64,000 nt of DNA, taken from an uncultured Desulfosarcina sp. Lineage in GTDB: Bacteria > Desulfobacterota > Desulfobacteria > Desulfobacterales > Desulfosarcinaceae. Below the pieces are notes generated by a model. That model worked only from the letters and a program-made list of their open reading frames with translations. It ran no database searches and was not told the origin of the DNA. The position numbers and the translations under genes are program-made. Below are positions 39,834 through 49,786 of the stretch, one piece after another; position 1 is the stretch's first letter, and each line of letters starts with the position of its first letter. The stretch covers positions 370,176 to 434,175 of the forward strand of contig CAXXWQ010000001.1 in NCBI GenBank assembly GCA_963674945.2, written 5' to 3'.

Positions 39834-40286
39834 TTATTTTTTTGCTGTATCTTCCGTCCCTGTCAAACGAGTTTCATCGTCGACGGAATGTTTTTGCTTC
39901 GCCTCCTGGGCAGCCCTTTTTATGTATCCGCCGATCTCATAAAAATTTTTTGTCGATGCCTTTTCCAGGGCCACCAGCGCCTCATTGACCTCGATAGCGA
40001 ATTCCTTGTCATCGAATTCCTGAATGACACAATTGTGTTTAATATCGAGGACGTTCGAGGAGTGCCTCTGTTGGCCGACATAAGGCGAGCCTTCACCAGT
40101 TAAAAGCCAATTTAAATCTGCCGATTGGCATATTCCCCAATCTATAATTTTTGCAAGTAATGTTCCACGTTTTTTTCTTCTGCTAAACTCTTGTGGCGTT
40201 AAATCGAATAGTTCAGCGATCTCTTTATCGCTTTTTAAATCCTCCATTTCTTTTAATCGGCGTATTATTTCTGGCAAATTATCCAT
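39834..40286 (-). CDS. phage repressor (CI-type HTH, no S24 peptidase domain)
   Basis: KEIAELFDLTPQEFSRRKKRG...LNWLLTGEG; divergent from the early operon. Confidence 0.82.
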   Translation of the reverse strand: MDNLPEIIRRLKEMEDLKSDKEIAELFDLTPQEFSRRKKRGTLLAKIIDWGICQSADLNWLLTGEGSPYVGQQRHSSNVLDIKHNCVIQEFDDKEFAIEVNEALVALEKASTKNFYEIGGYIKRAAQEAKQKHSVDDETRLTGTEDTAKK

Positions 40287-40303
40287 TCGGCCTATTTTAA
40301 ACC

Positions 40304-40331
40304 TTGACTTATCATCCACTTGGCATATAAA
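40304..40331 (+). promoter_or_regulatory. candidate early rightward promoter
   Basis: TTGACT-N16-TATAAA immediately upstream of and divergent from the repressor start. Confidence 0.45.
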
Positions 40332-40512
40332 ACCATATCTATATCCGAATTAAAAATAGACATGGAGAAAACGTGTTTTTCAAAAGGATCATAAAAAAAC
40401 TCAAAAATCTAATCGGAAAGAAAAGAATCTTAGTAGCGCAAATTTCCTCCGATTGGTTCAATTCCGTACAAGAAGAGACTTACAATGTGCTTATTCAATC
40501 AAAGAAAAGCCT

Positions 40513-40992
40513 TTAGTGTCGCTTCATCGATTCAGGAGGAAGACCTTGCCAAACTCCGAGATCTTTTTGATCACCTACTGAAAACGGAAGCTTCATTTCA
40601 TGAAGCAGAAGCAGCATTATACCAGGTAAAATTGCGCTTTCCGGAAGACCTGAGGGAATTGTCGTGAATGCATTCCCAGTCTTTTCGTTGATCATGGCCA
40701 CAATGATCAATTGCCGGTGGCGTTCAAACAGGACCCGCCATGCGCCTGGCGATATATCTTCCCATGAAGACGGAATCGGATTTGATGCAAACCTTTCTAT
40801 GGCCTTATCCGCCTCATCCTCGAACTTTGGATCGTACCTTATCGATAAAATACGGTCCATGCGTGACCTGAATATATCGTTTAATGGCCATAATATTTCA
40901 GCCAGTTTTCCACCCCCAACAATCTCAGGCTGCACATTATCGATAGAGCCGAGTATTTTATTAAAGAACTTTAATGCAAGCTTGGCCGACAT
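40513..40992 (-). CDS. hypothetical protein between repressor and ner
   Basis: 159-aa ORF with AAAGGA RBS; overlapped antisense by two + strand ORFs. Confidence 0.55.
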   Translation of the reverse strand: MSAKLALKFFNKILGSIDNVQPEIVGGGKLAEILWPLNDIFRSRMDRILSIRYDPKFEDEADKAIERFASNPIPSSWEDISPGAWRVLFERHRQLIIVAMINEKTGNAFTTIPSGLPESAILPGIMLLLLHEMKLPFSVGDQKDLGVWQGLPPESMKRH

Positions 40993-41025
40993 ATTCAATC
41001 CTTTTATTTATCCAAGGAGCTTCTC

Positions 41026-41280
41026 ATGACATTTTCTGAGCCAATCACCGCCATGGATATTCAATACATGCTCAAGCGGAAAGGGGTAACGCAGAAGGCT
41101 CTTGCGGAAAAGCACGGTGTTTCCGAAATGACCATATCCCGTGTCATCCACCAAAAGCTGATCTCCGACCGTTTATTCCGTGCCATTTCGAAAGAAATCG
41201 GATTGGACCCGAAAGTCGCATTCGCTGATTATTACAACTGGGACGGCCGTCGTCCTCGCAAGTCTTCTTCTGCTAATTAA
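41026..41280 (+). CDS. ner: Ner-like HTH regulator
   Basis: DIQYMLKRKGVTQKALA...ISKEIG; AAGGAG RBS; position in the early operon. Confidence 0.78.
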   Translation: MTFSEPITAMDIQYMLKRKGVTQKALAEKHGVSEMTISRVIHQKLISDRLFRAISKEIGLDPKVAFADYYNWDGRRPRKSSSAN

Positions 41281-41310
41281 TAGATCTATCAATATACCCA
41301 TTTCACGTCA

Positions 41311-41781
41311 ATGCCTAAGAAACGCAATCAAATAGATACGGCGCAGCTCAGTTTGTTCGACCATCTAACCCGGTTAACCGAAGAGAAGCGGGCCGCTGCG
41401 GGCAGCGAGGGCACGATGAACGTCCGTGACCGTTTGCGGCGGGCGCTAAATCGGGCGATCAAGGAATGTAGCCTTTCCCGGCACCAGATCGCCGGGGAGA
41501 TGAGCCATCTATTGGGTGTCGAGATCACCAAGGCCGTCATCGATGCGTGGACGGCCGAAAGCAAGGACAACTATCGCATCCCAGCCGAGTACCTTCCAGC
41601 CTTCTGCCGGGCAACCGGATCCAACGACCCGATCGAAATTTTAAACGACACAGTCGGCATGTTTTCCATGCCTGGACCGGACGCACTTCGGTCCGAGATC
41701 CAGAGATGGAAGGAGAAGCTGAGCGAGGCCAGGTCGGAAGTCAGGAAGCGTGAAATGTTTCTCGAAGAGATGACGAAATAA
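41311..41781 (+). CDS. Mu-like early hypothetical (putative DNA-binding) protein
   Basis: SRHQIAGEMS..LG..ITK..IDAWTAESK pattern; early-operon position. Confidence 0.7.
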   Translation: MPKKRNQIDTAQLSLFDHLTRLTEEKRAAAGSEGTMNVRDRLRRALNRAIKECSLSRHQIAGEMSHLLGVEITKAVIDAWTAESKDNYRIPAEYLPAFCRATGSNDPIEILNDTVGMFSMPGPDALRSEIQRWKEKLSEARSEVRKREMFLEEMTK

Positions 41782-41794
41782 GAAAGGGGTAACC

Positions 41795-42544
41795 ATGTCA
41801 AAAAGCGAGAATCCATTGTTTCGAAAGACATCCAACGCACCCGTCGAACCGGACGTCTTGGACATTGACGACGACAGCATCGTTCCGCTGAACGAGTCCT
41901 TCCCAGGCATGCCGCCCATGTCGGTCCGGGAGAAGAAACGCCTGGCGGAGCTGGAGGATGTGGTCACCAGGAATTTCAAGGCGTTTTACGAGGTAGGATG
42001 CGCATTGAGGGAGATTAATACATCCATGCTCTACCGGTCCACGCATTCCACTTTTGCAGGTTATGCAAAAGATTTATGGGATATACAGCGGGCGCATGCG
42101 TATCGTATGATCGATGCTGCTGACATTGTAGATCGTCTTCTGCCATACGCGGAACAAATTAAGAATGTCTCCAATTGGAGACAAGACGAAAAACCAATTC
42201 CACAAAACGAAGCACAGGCAAGAGCCCTCGTCAAATACCCAGAGGAAAAACAGATCGAGATCTGGAGGAAGGCCGTGGAAACGGCGGACGGCCGGATAAC
42301 GGCGGCGCACATAAAACAGACGGCCAGGAAGATCCACGGCGAAAAAGTGAAAACGACCGTTGACAGGGCCAAGAGAAAAACCAATGTGCCGGCGGTAAAG
42401 ATGAGCGACCGGTTTCGCAAGGCGTTCAACGAATTCTTGGACGCCATCAACGAGGAGCGTCTCAAGGACTGGAAAGATACCGATCCGACCGAGGCGCAGC
42501 GGCACATAGAAGGTATTTTACAGGCGATATCCCAACCATTGTAG
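41795..42544 (+). CDS. phage hypothetical protein (DUF3102-like)
   Basis: FYEVG.AL.EI....LYR....TF..Y....W......AYR.I.AA, PQNEAQAR.L. Confidence 0.65.
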   Translation: MSKSENPLFRKTSNAPVEPDVLDIDDDSIVPLNESFPGMPPMSVREKKRLAELEDVVTRNFKAFYEVGCALREINTSMLYRSTHSTFAGYAKDLWDIQRAHAYRMIDAADIVDRLLPYAEQIKNVSNWRQDEKPIPQNEAQARALVKYPEEKQIEIWRKAVETADGRITAAHIKQTARKIHGEKVKTTVDRAKRKTNVPAVKMSDRFRKAFNEFLDAINEERLKDWKDTDPTEAQRHIEGILQAISQPL

Positions 42545-42552
42545 AGGGCGGC

Positions 42553-44691
42553 ATGGAGCATTGTCTGACTGTCAATTCAATTTCTGAATGTATCGGTCTT
42601 TCGCCTCGGATGGTGCGAATACGAGCCCAAAACGAGAGATGGCCAACCGTAGGCCAGCGCGTTCGAGGTGGGCCAAGGAAATTATTTCCGACGTCACTAC
42701 TGCCGGACGATGTTCGGGCGGCAGTATTCTCAACGTTATACGGAGGTGAATCCTCAGGATTCATACGGGGCCTTGGCGTGAACGCAGAGGCGATGGCCGC
42801 GAAAATCGCAAAACAGGATGAAGTGGAGGCGAAACTTGCGGCATATAACGCACTCACAGACGAGCAAAAAGACGAGGCGTACGCGAACGAGGAGATCCTG
42901 AAGGCGCGTGATGGGTTTCTGGCCGCAACGAAGCTGCCCAAAAAGAAGGGAACGCTCCTATTTATAAAAGAGGTGAAGGCGGGGACGATAAAATTTCCAC
43001 CCAACGTAACCAGCGCAATGAAAAAACGAAAAGGAAAAATCGTCCTTTCTTGGTCCACTTTTTACCGATGGGAGACTGAGTACAAGGAGAATGGACCGGC
43101 TGGGCTGGCAAGGAACTACGTCAGCATGTCAAAGACGTCGGTGCCTGAGCACATGCAGAAGTTCATCCAGGCAATGATCGTCGATCACCCTCATGTATCG
43201 ATCCCAGGGATACGCATGTCCATAAAAGCAAGATTCGACGGCCAGGAAATACCGAGCGCGCATGCGATAAGGCGATACGTTTCCAAATGGAAGGATGAAA
43301 ACGAGAGTCTCCTCCTATACCTGAAGAATCCTGATGAGTGGAAAAATAGGAAAATGTTCGCCTTCGGCGACGCATCCGAGCAGGTCTTCAGACTGAATCA
43401 GTTATGGGAATACGACTCTACGCCGGGAGACGTGATGCTCACCGATGGCCGGCACACGATAATAGGCGTGATCGATGTCTATTCAAGGCGGATCAAGCTG
43501 CTGGTGTCTCCGACATCAAAGGCGGAATCGGTGGCGGCACTCACCAGGCGTGCCTTGCTTGACTGGGGTGTGCCAGAATCAGCAAAGACCGATAATGGCG
43601 CCGACTATGTGTCGCGGCATATGGTGCGAATATTTTCAGACCTTGAAGTCGAACAGGTGCTTTGCCCGCCTTTCTCTCCAGAGAAGAAGCCGCATATCGA
43701 ACGTGCATTCAAAACCTTTTCCCACTCCATCGTCGAACTGTTACCAGGCTACATCGGCCACAGCGTTGCGGACAGAAAAGCCATAGAGTCAAGACGCACA
43801 TTTGCACAGCGAATGATGAAGCAGGGATCGGATCCGGTGGATATCAAAATTTCATCCGACGAATTCCAGGAAATCTGTGACCGGTGGGTGGATGCCATCT
43901 ACCATCACAACTCCCATGACGGACTCGACGGCATGACGCCGGCACAGGTGGCAAGGGATTGGACCGGACCAGTGCGGCGCATCAGCAACGAGCGGGCGTT
44001 GGATATTCTTCTTTCACCTGCGCCGTCGGACGGCGGTTTCCGGGATATCCGAAGAAAGGGTATCAGGGTTGAAAACGCATGGTTTATCACACCAGAGCTG
44101 GCCGGGCACGAAGGACGCGTAAGGGTTCTGTTGGACCGTACTGATTACGGCACAATTTACGTGTTCGGAGAGGATGGGACGTATATATGCACCGCTGTCA
44201 ATCCTGACCGTACTGGCCATAACCGAAAAGAGATCGCAGATAAAGCGAAGGACATCCAAAAGAAGGTGATGCGCGAGGGCAGCCGGGAGCTGAAGAAGGT
44301 CGCGCGAGAGGCAAAAACTCGGTTTATCCACGATGAGATCCTCGGCTATAGGGAATCAAAGATTGCAAACATCGTGGACCATCCAAAACAAAGCGAAGAA
44401 TACAGCACCGGCGCGTTGGATGAGGCGGCGATGGCGGTAGAGGACATGCGGCGAAAGGAACTTGGCCCTTCTCCCATCGCCATCAGCGAAGATGAGGAGG
44501 AGCGCGCAAAGGACGTGATCCGGCTGGCGGACAAGCAGGCAAACAGGATGCCGTCTACTCAATGGGAAAAATACGAGTATCTCACCCAGGACCTGGCCGA
44601 TGGAAAATACCTTCCAGATGCAGATTTGGCTTGGATGAAACGGTATGAGCACTTTCTGCAAACAGGGAAAATGGCAAGTTGTAACGAGTGA
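42553..44691 (+). CDS. MuA-like DDE transposase
   Basis: N-terminal Mu DNA-binding segment, WEYDST, TDNGADY, KPHIER, Mu transposase C-terminal region. Confidence 0.93.
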   Translation: MEHCLTVNSISECIGLSPRMVRIRAQNERWPTVGQRVRGGPRKLFPTSLLPDDVRAAVFSTLYGGESSGFIRGLGVNAEAMAAKIAKQDEVEAKLAAYNALTDEQKDEAYANEEILKARDGFLAATKLPKKKGTLLFIKEVKAGTIKFPPNVTSAMKKRKGKIVLSWSTFYRWETEYKENGPAGLARNYVSMSKTSVPEHMQKFIQAMIVDHPHVSIPGIRMSIKARFDGQEIPSAHAIRRYVSKWKDENESLLLYLKNPDEWKNRKMFAFGDASEQVFRLNQLWEYDSTPGDVMLTDGRHTIIGVIDVYSRRIKLLVSPTSKAESVAALTRRALLDWGVPESAKTDNGADYVSRHMVRIFSDLEVEQVLCPPFSPEKKPHIERAFKTFSHSIVELLPGYIGHSVADRKAIESRRTFAQRMMKQGSDPVDIKISSDEFQEICDRWVDAIYHHNSHDGLDGMTPAQVARDWTGPVRRISNERALDILLSPAPSDGGFRDIRRKGIRVENAWFITPELAGHEGRVRVLLDRTDYGTIYVFGEDGTYICTAVNPDRTGHNRKEIADKAKDIQKKVMREGSRELKKVAREAKTRFIHDEILGYRESKIANIVDHPKQSEEYSTGALDEAAMAVEDMRRKELGPSPIAISEDEEERAKDVIRLADKQANRMPSTQWEKYEYLTQDLADGKYLPDADLAWMKRYEHFLQTGKMASCNE

Positions 44692-45074
44692 TGACTGAGG
44701 GAAGAGAGGGAGAGATGGCCAAAAAAAGGGCAAAGATGAAGAAACAATACCAAAAGAGCAATCGAAAACTCGGAATGAAAGACTTGCCGAAGGAGGTGCT
44801 GGTTGACCTTATAAAACACCTCAATATTGAGTTTTCGGAGGAGGCTATCGTAGAAACCATTATCCGGCATCGTCTGCGCCGGGCATCCGGCCACGCGAGA
44901 AAACATCAAGAAATAATGGAAGAGGCCAGTAAAACAAACATCAAACGGAAGCGGAGGGACTTAGAAATCGAGGCCAATCGCCACGCTGTGAACCTTGGCA
45001 CATTGTACCAATCGGCCAAAAAGATGGTCGCAGATTATGGGCTCGGTGAAAAATTTCCACGTTTGGCAGGGTAA
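44688..45074 (+). CDS. basic hypothetical protein between MuA and MuB
   Basis: GTGA overlap with MuA; alternative start 44715. Confidence 0.6.
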   Translation: MMTEGREGEMAKKRAKMKKQYQKSNRKLGMKDLPKEVLVDLIKHLNIEFSEEAIVETIIRHRLRRASGHARKHQEIMEEASKTNIKRKRRDLEIEANRHAVNLGTLYQSAKKMVADYGLGEKFPRLAG

Positions 45075-45139
45075 AAGGTCGGCCGGTGCGGGCAACACCG
45101 GCCTTTTGGTAAAGCGTAAGACAAAAAGGAGGTTACCAC

Positions 45140-45859
45140 ATGAAGCACGAAATGGCAATGACGGCGAATGTCCGCCGGTTTCTGGCGGCGGTTCGCGAAC
45201 TGACCGACCGTCCCATGGGTGTTGAGGGGATGGGGCTTTTATGGGGCCATCCAGGAGAAGGAAAAAGCACAACGGTCGCCTTCGCCACCAACACGCTGGA
45301 CGGCATCTTCCTTCGGGCCAATGCCTGCTGGACGGTGACCAGCATGCTCAGTGCCCTGATGGTTGAACTGGGCCAGCCGACAGGTCGATTCCGGGCGCCA
45401 ATGGTGGACGCTTCGGTGCGCTGCTTGATGGAAAGACCGAGGCCGATCTTCGTCGACGAGGCGGATTATCTACTTCGCCAGACCGACATGATCGACGTGT
45501 TACGGGACATCTACGACAACACCGGGTCGCCGGTCGTGCTCATCGGAATGGAGGAGATGGCCAGGAAGCTGCAAAACAACGGTCGATTTGCCAGGCGCGT
45601 CACCCAGTGGGTGGAGTTTCGCGGCATCACCATTGCCGACGCGCGGACGCTTGCCGAAACCGTGTGCGAGGTGGGTGTGGAACATGACCTGCTGGAGAGG
45701 CTGCACGAGGCGGCCAGAGCCAACATCGGGCGCATGACCACCGGCCTGTCGCGGATTGAGCAACTGGCCAAGATCAATGGGCTGGAGTCGGTTTCCCTTG
45801 CCGAATGGGGAGACCGTCCGCTTTTCTTTGATCAACCCACGTTCGGGAGGCGGCGTTAA
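45140..45859 (+). CDS. MuB-like AAA+ transposition ATPase
   Basis: GHPGEGKST, IFVDEAD, PVVLIGM. Confidence 0.92.
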   Translation: MKHEMAMTANVRRFLAAVRELTDRPMGVEGMGLLWGHPGEGKSTTVAFATNTLDGIFLRANACWTVTSMLSALMVELGQPTGRFRAPMVDASVRCLMERPRPIFVDEADYLLRQTDMIDVLRDIYDNTGSPVVLIGMEEMARKLQNNGRFARRVTQWVEFRGITIADARTLAETVCEVGVEHDLLERLHEAARANIGRMTTGLSRIEQLAKINGLESVSLAEWGDRPLFFDQPTFGRRR

Positions 45860-46188
45860 TGGCTGGAATCAAGGGAATGGTTGCATCATCGCCTAGAAAA
45901 AACACATCGCGGCGGAAGGTGTGGCAGAGCATGCGCATCCTGCGCCGGTTTTCCGTACCAGATCTTTGCAGAACATCCGGAGCAAAGACCAATAATGTGA
46001 GAAAATTCGTCCTTGGCCTCTTGAAACATGGATATGTGGCTAAAATCAGCGACAACCTTTCCGGCCACGCCGGATCGTACCATGCGTATCGGTTGGTGCG
46101 TGATGTTGGGCCGGAGTACCCAATGAGGTGCGAACGGTGCGGAAACCCGTTAGGGAAAAAGTGTAGGGAGGAAGGAGACGAGCGATGA
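45859..46188 (+). CDS. Mu-like winged-helix hypothetical protein
   Basis: VWQSMRILRRF..PDL, YRLVRDVGP..P; coupled to MuB. Confidence 0.7.
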   Translation: MAGIKGMVASSPRKNTSRRKVWQSMRILRRFSVPDLCRTSGAKTNNVRKFVLGLLKHGYVAKISDNLSGHAGSYHAYRLVRDVGPEYPMRCERCGNPLGKKCREEGDER

Positions 46189-46487
46189 CAGATAATATGG
46201 CGTTGCTGCGCAAGGCGGTTGCAGAAGGCGGACAGGCAGCCGTCGCCCGTCGGTTGGGGTATTCCCCTTCCGCCGTCAACCAGGCGCTGAAAGGGACCTA
46301 TGCCGGAAGCCTGGAGAATATGATGCAGCGGGTGGCCGAGGAGTACGGAAACGAGACGGTGATATGCCCGGTGATGGGAGAGATCCCGCTGTCGCGCTGC
46401 GCGGAAGAGCGGAGGAAGCCGTTTGGGGCGACCAGTCCCCAACGGGCGCGGCTTTACCTGGCTTGCCAGAGGTGCAATGTGAGATAG
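46185..46487 (+). CDS. Mu-like HTH/Zn-binding regulator
   Basis: QAAVARRLGYSPSAVNQ.LKG.Y.G, CPVMGEI, C..C. Confidence 0.75.
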   Translation: MTDNMALLRKAVAEGGQAAVARRLGYSPSAVNQALKGTYAGSLENMMQRVAEEYGNETVICPVMGEIPLSRCAEERRKPFGATSPQRARLYLACQRCNVR

Positions 46488-46510
46488 GCTGTAGGAAAAG
46501 GAGGAAAGAG

Positions 46511-46708
46511 ATGATGGAAAAACAGGCGCAGATCGATCAGATACACGAAGGGTTGAACGATATTTATATGGACCTACATGACATCTCGGTAATCGACGAG
46601 AAGAGTCGTGAAGCCAAGCAAAAGGCGCTCGTTACGCTGATCCGGATGCGAAAGATAATGGACGCCAACGGCATGGCTCATCGGCAATTGGATCGGAGTG
46701 CAGCATGA
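46511..46708 (+). CDS. hypothetical phage protein
   Basis: GGAGG RBS, operon context. Confidence 0.55.
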   Translation: MMEKQAQIDQIHEGLNDIYMDLHDISVIDEKSREAKQKALVTLIRMRKIMDANGMAHRQLDRSAA

Positions 46709-46749
46709 GCCGGGGCGTTACGGATCGACTTTACATCAAGGAGGAACCA

Positions 46750-47364
46750 ATGGCGGAGCTGAACAAAGACGACTTTATGGAGGATGCCAAGGGGCGCCTT
46801 GTCCCGAAGAGCATGGTGGATGAAATCGACCAGGAGCGCGATTCACTGGTCAGAGAACTTTTTACGGCGGCAGAAACACTTCAAAAAAACATGAAGGAAT
46901 TTAAAGTCAGGAGCATGGGGGACGTTTCCGCGTTCATCGATTTGTCGGCCGAGAAGTACGGAGTTCATCTCGGCGGGAACAAGGGGAACGTGAGCCTTAT
47001 TTCCTATGACGGGACAAAGAAAATCCAAGTGGCGATCAGCGAACATATTTCGTTTGATGAGCGTTTGAAAGCGGCAAAGGCGCTGATCGACGAGTGTCTC
47101 ACCGACTGGACAGAGGAAGGGCGCGACGAGATCAAGGTGATCGTTATGGATGCGTTCCAGGTGGACAAAGAGGGGCGTCTAAACGTCCGGCAAATCATCG
47201 GCCTGCGGCGGTACGAAATCGACGACGAAAAATGGTTAAGGGCCATGGAGGCCATCGGCGACAGCATCCAGGTGGTCGGATCGAAGAGCTACATCAGATT
47301 CTACGAACGAAAATTCCCAGAGGATAAGTGGCGGCAGGTGTCAATGGATCTTGCGGCGTTGTAG
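46750..47364 (+). CDS. DUF3164 family protein
   Basis: MEDAKGRLVP, GG.KGNVSL.SYDG, SKSYIRFYER. Confidence 0.85.
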   Translation: MAELNKDDFMEDAKGRLVPKSMVDEIDQERDSLVRELFTAAETLQKNMKEFKVRSMGDVSAFIDLSAEKYGVHLGGNKGNVSLISYDGTKKIQVAISEHISFDERLKAAKALIDECLTDWTEEGRDEIKVIVMDAFQVDKEGRLNVRQIIGLRRYEIDDEKWLRAMEAIGDSIQVVGSKSYIRFYERKFPEDKWRQVSMDLAAL

Positions 47365-47464
47365 TGCGAAATCCCGCTTTTGGCGGGATCGTCGTCCGGT
47401 GGCGCGGGCGGCCTGATGAGCAGCCGAATTTAGCTCATAGCTCATAGCTCATAGGAGATGATCG

Positions 47465-47914
47465 GTGAGAAAACAGACCATTAAAAACCAACGAAATATT
47501 GATCTTGCGAAGATCCATATCGCCAAGAAGCAGTTGGGCATGGATGACGTCGTCTATCGGGATATGTTGATGAATGTGGCCGGGGTGTCGAGCGCGGCGG
47601 ACCTTACTGTAAAAGGACGGCGTAAAGTACTGGCGCACCTTGGCCAGTCCGGTTTCAAGTACGGACGCAGTCGGCGTGGTTATCCTGGGCGGCCGAAGAA
47701 CATGAGCCGTGGAAACAGGGCCGCACAGCTAAAGAAGATCGAGGCACTTCTCACCGTTGGCGGAAAACCCTGGAATTATGCACATGCGCTGGCCAAGAGG
47801 ATCTGCAAGACGGACAGAATCGAATGGGTTCCGGATAACCTGCTGTACAAAATAATCACCGCCCTTCGCTATCAGGCGAAACGTGAGGGGTGGGATCTAT
47901 CGGGGGAGATCTAA
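47465..47914 (+). CDS. gemA: regulatory protein GemA (Mu gp16)
   Basis: LAKIHIAKKQLGMDD..YR.ML....G.SS..DL, KIEALL. Confidence 0.88.
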   Translation: MRKQTIKNQRNIDLAKIHIAKKQLGMDDVVYRDMLMNVAGVSSAADLTVKGRRKVLAHLGQSGFKYGRSRRGYPGRPKNMSRGNRAAQLKKIEALLTVGGKPWNYAHALAKRICKTDRIEWVPDNLLYKIITALRYQAKREGWDLSGEI

Positions 47915-47916
47915 AA

Positions 47917-48153
47917 ATGGCAATCCATTATGCGATGATTGAGGAAAGTGACAGGCTGCGGCGGGTACATAACCTGCTGGTGGACGGCATGTGGCGCGGA
48001 ACGCGCGAAATCATGATGCAGGCGGACGTGTGTGCCGTCAATACAGTAATCGCCGAACTCAGGGCCAACGGCTTCGATATCTCCACCCGGTGCGTAGGCC
48101 GGGGGCGGTATGAATACCGGATGGAGCGGCATGGATATCCATCGAAAAGTTGA
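47917..48153 (+). CDS. small HTH-like phage protein
   Basis: S.RL.RV..LL.DG....TREI....VCAVN..IAELR.NG..I. Confidence 0.65.
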   Translation: MAIHYAMIEESDRLRRVHNLLVDGMWRGTREIMMQADVCAVNTVIAELRANGFDISTRCVGRGRYEYRMERHGYPSKS

Positions 48154-48309
48154 AAGTGTATGCAGATTCTGTGGTGCATACTCGTTTCGGCGGAGGGAAA
48201 CCGGGCTATGGACTTATTGCACACAGTGGGAAAAATGGGCCGAGGATGATCCTGACAAACCTACACCAGGCGAACGGACGTGTGACCGGTTTTTCGTGAA
48301 AGGAGAAAG

Positions 48310-48870
48310 ATGAAGTTGATATGCCCTTCCTGTGGAGCTGTTGCGAGCGCTGAGGCGTGGACCGGAAACGCGGATGCGCGGCAGTGCCTTAAAACAGTTG
48401 CCGTTATGCCGACGAGCGTTTCGCGGAACATCTTGCCGTATCTTTCTCTTTTCCGTCCGCCATATAACGGATCAAAGGGATATCGCGGCCTTGTCTGGGG
48501 CCGGGCGTTACGCCTTGCCGGCGAGGTTGCTACCCTTATTACAGAACCGCAAATTGAGTGGAAAGGGAAACCGTCCCGGCCCATCGATGCTGGATTATGG
48601 GGGATGGCAATGGAGCGGATGGTGAATGTCCCGCCTCGGCGTCTACCGGTCGAATCTCACGGCTACCTGAAATCGATCGCTTACGACCTGGCCGACGACG
48701 CGGATCGCGCACGGGAGGTTCGCCAGAATCAGGCGGAGCGTGATGGAACGATGCGAACGGAATTTGCAGAAAACAGGTCTCCTGAGGACGGCTTTAGCCG
48801 CATACTTACACCTGAAGAAATGCATGGGCAATGGGAGAAAAAGAAAGGAAACAGGAGAGAAAGATGCTGA
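48310..48870 (+). CDS. Mu-like hypothetical protein
   Basis: CPSCGA, YL.LFRP, W.RA.RL, P..SHGYL..I. Confidence 0.75.
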   Translation: MKLICPSCGAVASAEAWTGNADARQCLKTVAVMPTSVSRNILPYLSLFRPPYNGSKGYRGLVWGRALRLAGEVATLITEPQIEWKGKPSRPIDAGLWGMAMERMVNVPPRRLPVESHGYLKSIAYDLADDADRAREVRQNQAERDGTMRTEFAENRSPEDGFSRILTPEEMHGQWEKKKGNRRERC

Positions 48871-49355
48871 CGCTTGCAGTTGAAAATGATGTTGAAGATG
48901 TCGATCTGGTGAAATCATTTTGCCGGGAGATGCTTATCCGCGATGGATTAAAACACAATACGATCTACAATCGCGAGAAGATCATACGAAAAATGACATG
49001 CGCAATCGGAACACAGCGGCCGATCCATGAACACGTAGAGCAATATCTTGCAGAGTATCCACGCGAAGCTGACAGCTATCTCTTCACGACACTCCATGGA
49101 AACAGGCAATGCTCGCCATGGGCGCTGCGGCTGTTGGTCAATACCGTAAAAAAAAGAACAACCATTACGAAACGAGTTCACCCACACAAATTCCGGCATT
49201 CCCTTGCGACAAACATGATTCTCAGGGGTGCCAGCCCGATCACTGTTCAAAGAATGCTTGGTCACGCGAACCTTTCAACCACAATGGACTATATAACAAG
49301 CAACGATAGGCAGTTGGTGTCACAGTACAACGTGTACGTTCCGAGTTACACCTGA
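48864..49355 (+). pseudogene. internally deleted XerC/D-like tyrosine recombinase
   Basis: HPHKFRHSLAT, LGHANLSTTMDY retained; only 163 aa and no catalytic Arg-I/Lys region. Confidence 0.7.
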
Positions 49356-49522
49356 TGGGAAAGATCATCAATATTCGAACAGTAAAGCCGTTCATTTGCC
49401 TGCTTTGCGGATATGACAACTGGAAGGTATTTTTTGATGTTGATGATCAAGGTTTCCTCTTTATTGCGAAAATCAGGTGCGCGAATTGTATGAATGAATT
49501 TAATTTTGGAGAGAATGCATGA
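49355..49522 (+). CDS. small CxxC...CxxC protein (55 aa, not in ORF track)
   Basis: Hand-translated; overlaps the stop and start of both neighbours. Confidence 0.55.
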   Translation: MGKIINIRTVKPFICLLCGYDNWKVFFDVDDQGFLFIAKIRCANCMNEFNFGENA

Positions 49523-49767
49523 AACTTTGGTGTGTCATCAACCTGGAACACCTTAACGATGACGAGATTATCGGCGTATCATTTCGCCAGCCATCGCACT
49601 TCGGGCCAACTTGTTTCTATGACGAACGGGAGCCGGCCGAAGAGGAGATCATTCGCTTGAAGAAAAAATACCCGCATGGTGACTTTTTCCTTTTCGAGGC
49701 TGTTTCACAAGTGAATGAATCGACGGTAGTTGTTGGCACGTTTCATCTTGATGATGTTGCCACTTAA
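49519..49767 (+). CDS. hypothetical phage protein
   Basis: GGAG RBS, ATGA coupling. Confidence 0.6.
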   Translation: MKLWCVINLEHLNDDEIIGVSFRQPSHFGPTCFYDEREPAEEEIIRLKKKYPHGDFFLFEAVSQVNESTVVVGTFHLDDVAT

Positions 49768-49786
49768 CCCAGGGGGGTGCGTAACA

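Noticed and set aside
48864..49355. Tyrosine recombinase as the prophage integrase
   Set aside because: Lacks part of the catalytic domain; the MuA/MuB pair and TG end indicate transpositional integration.
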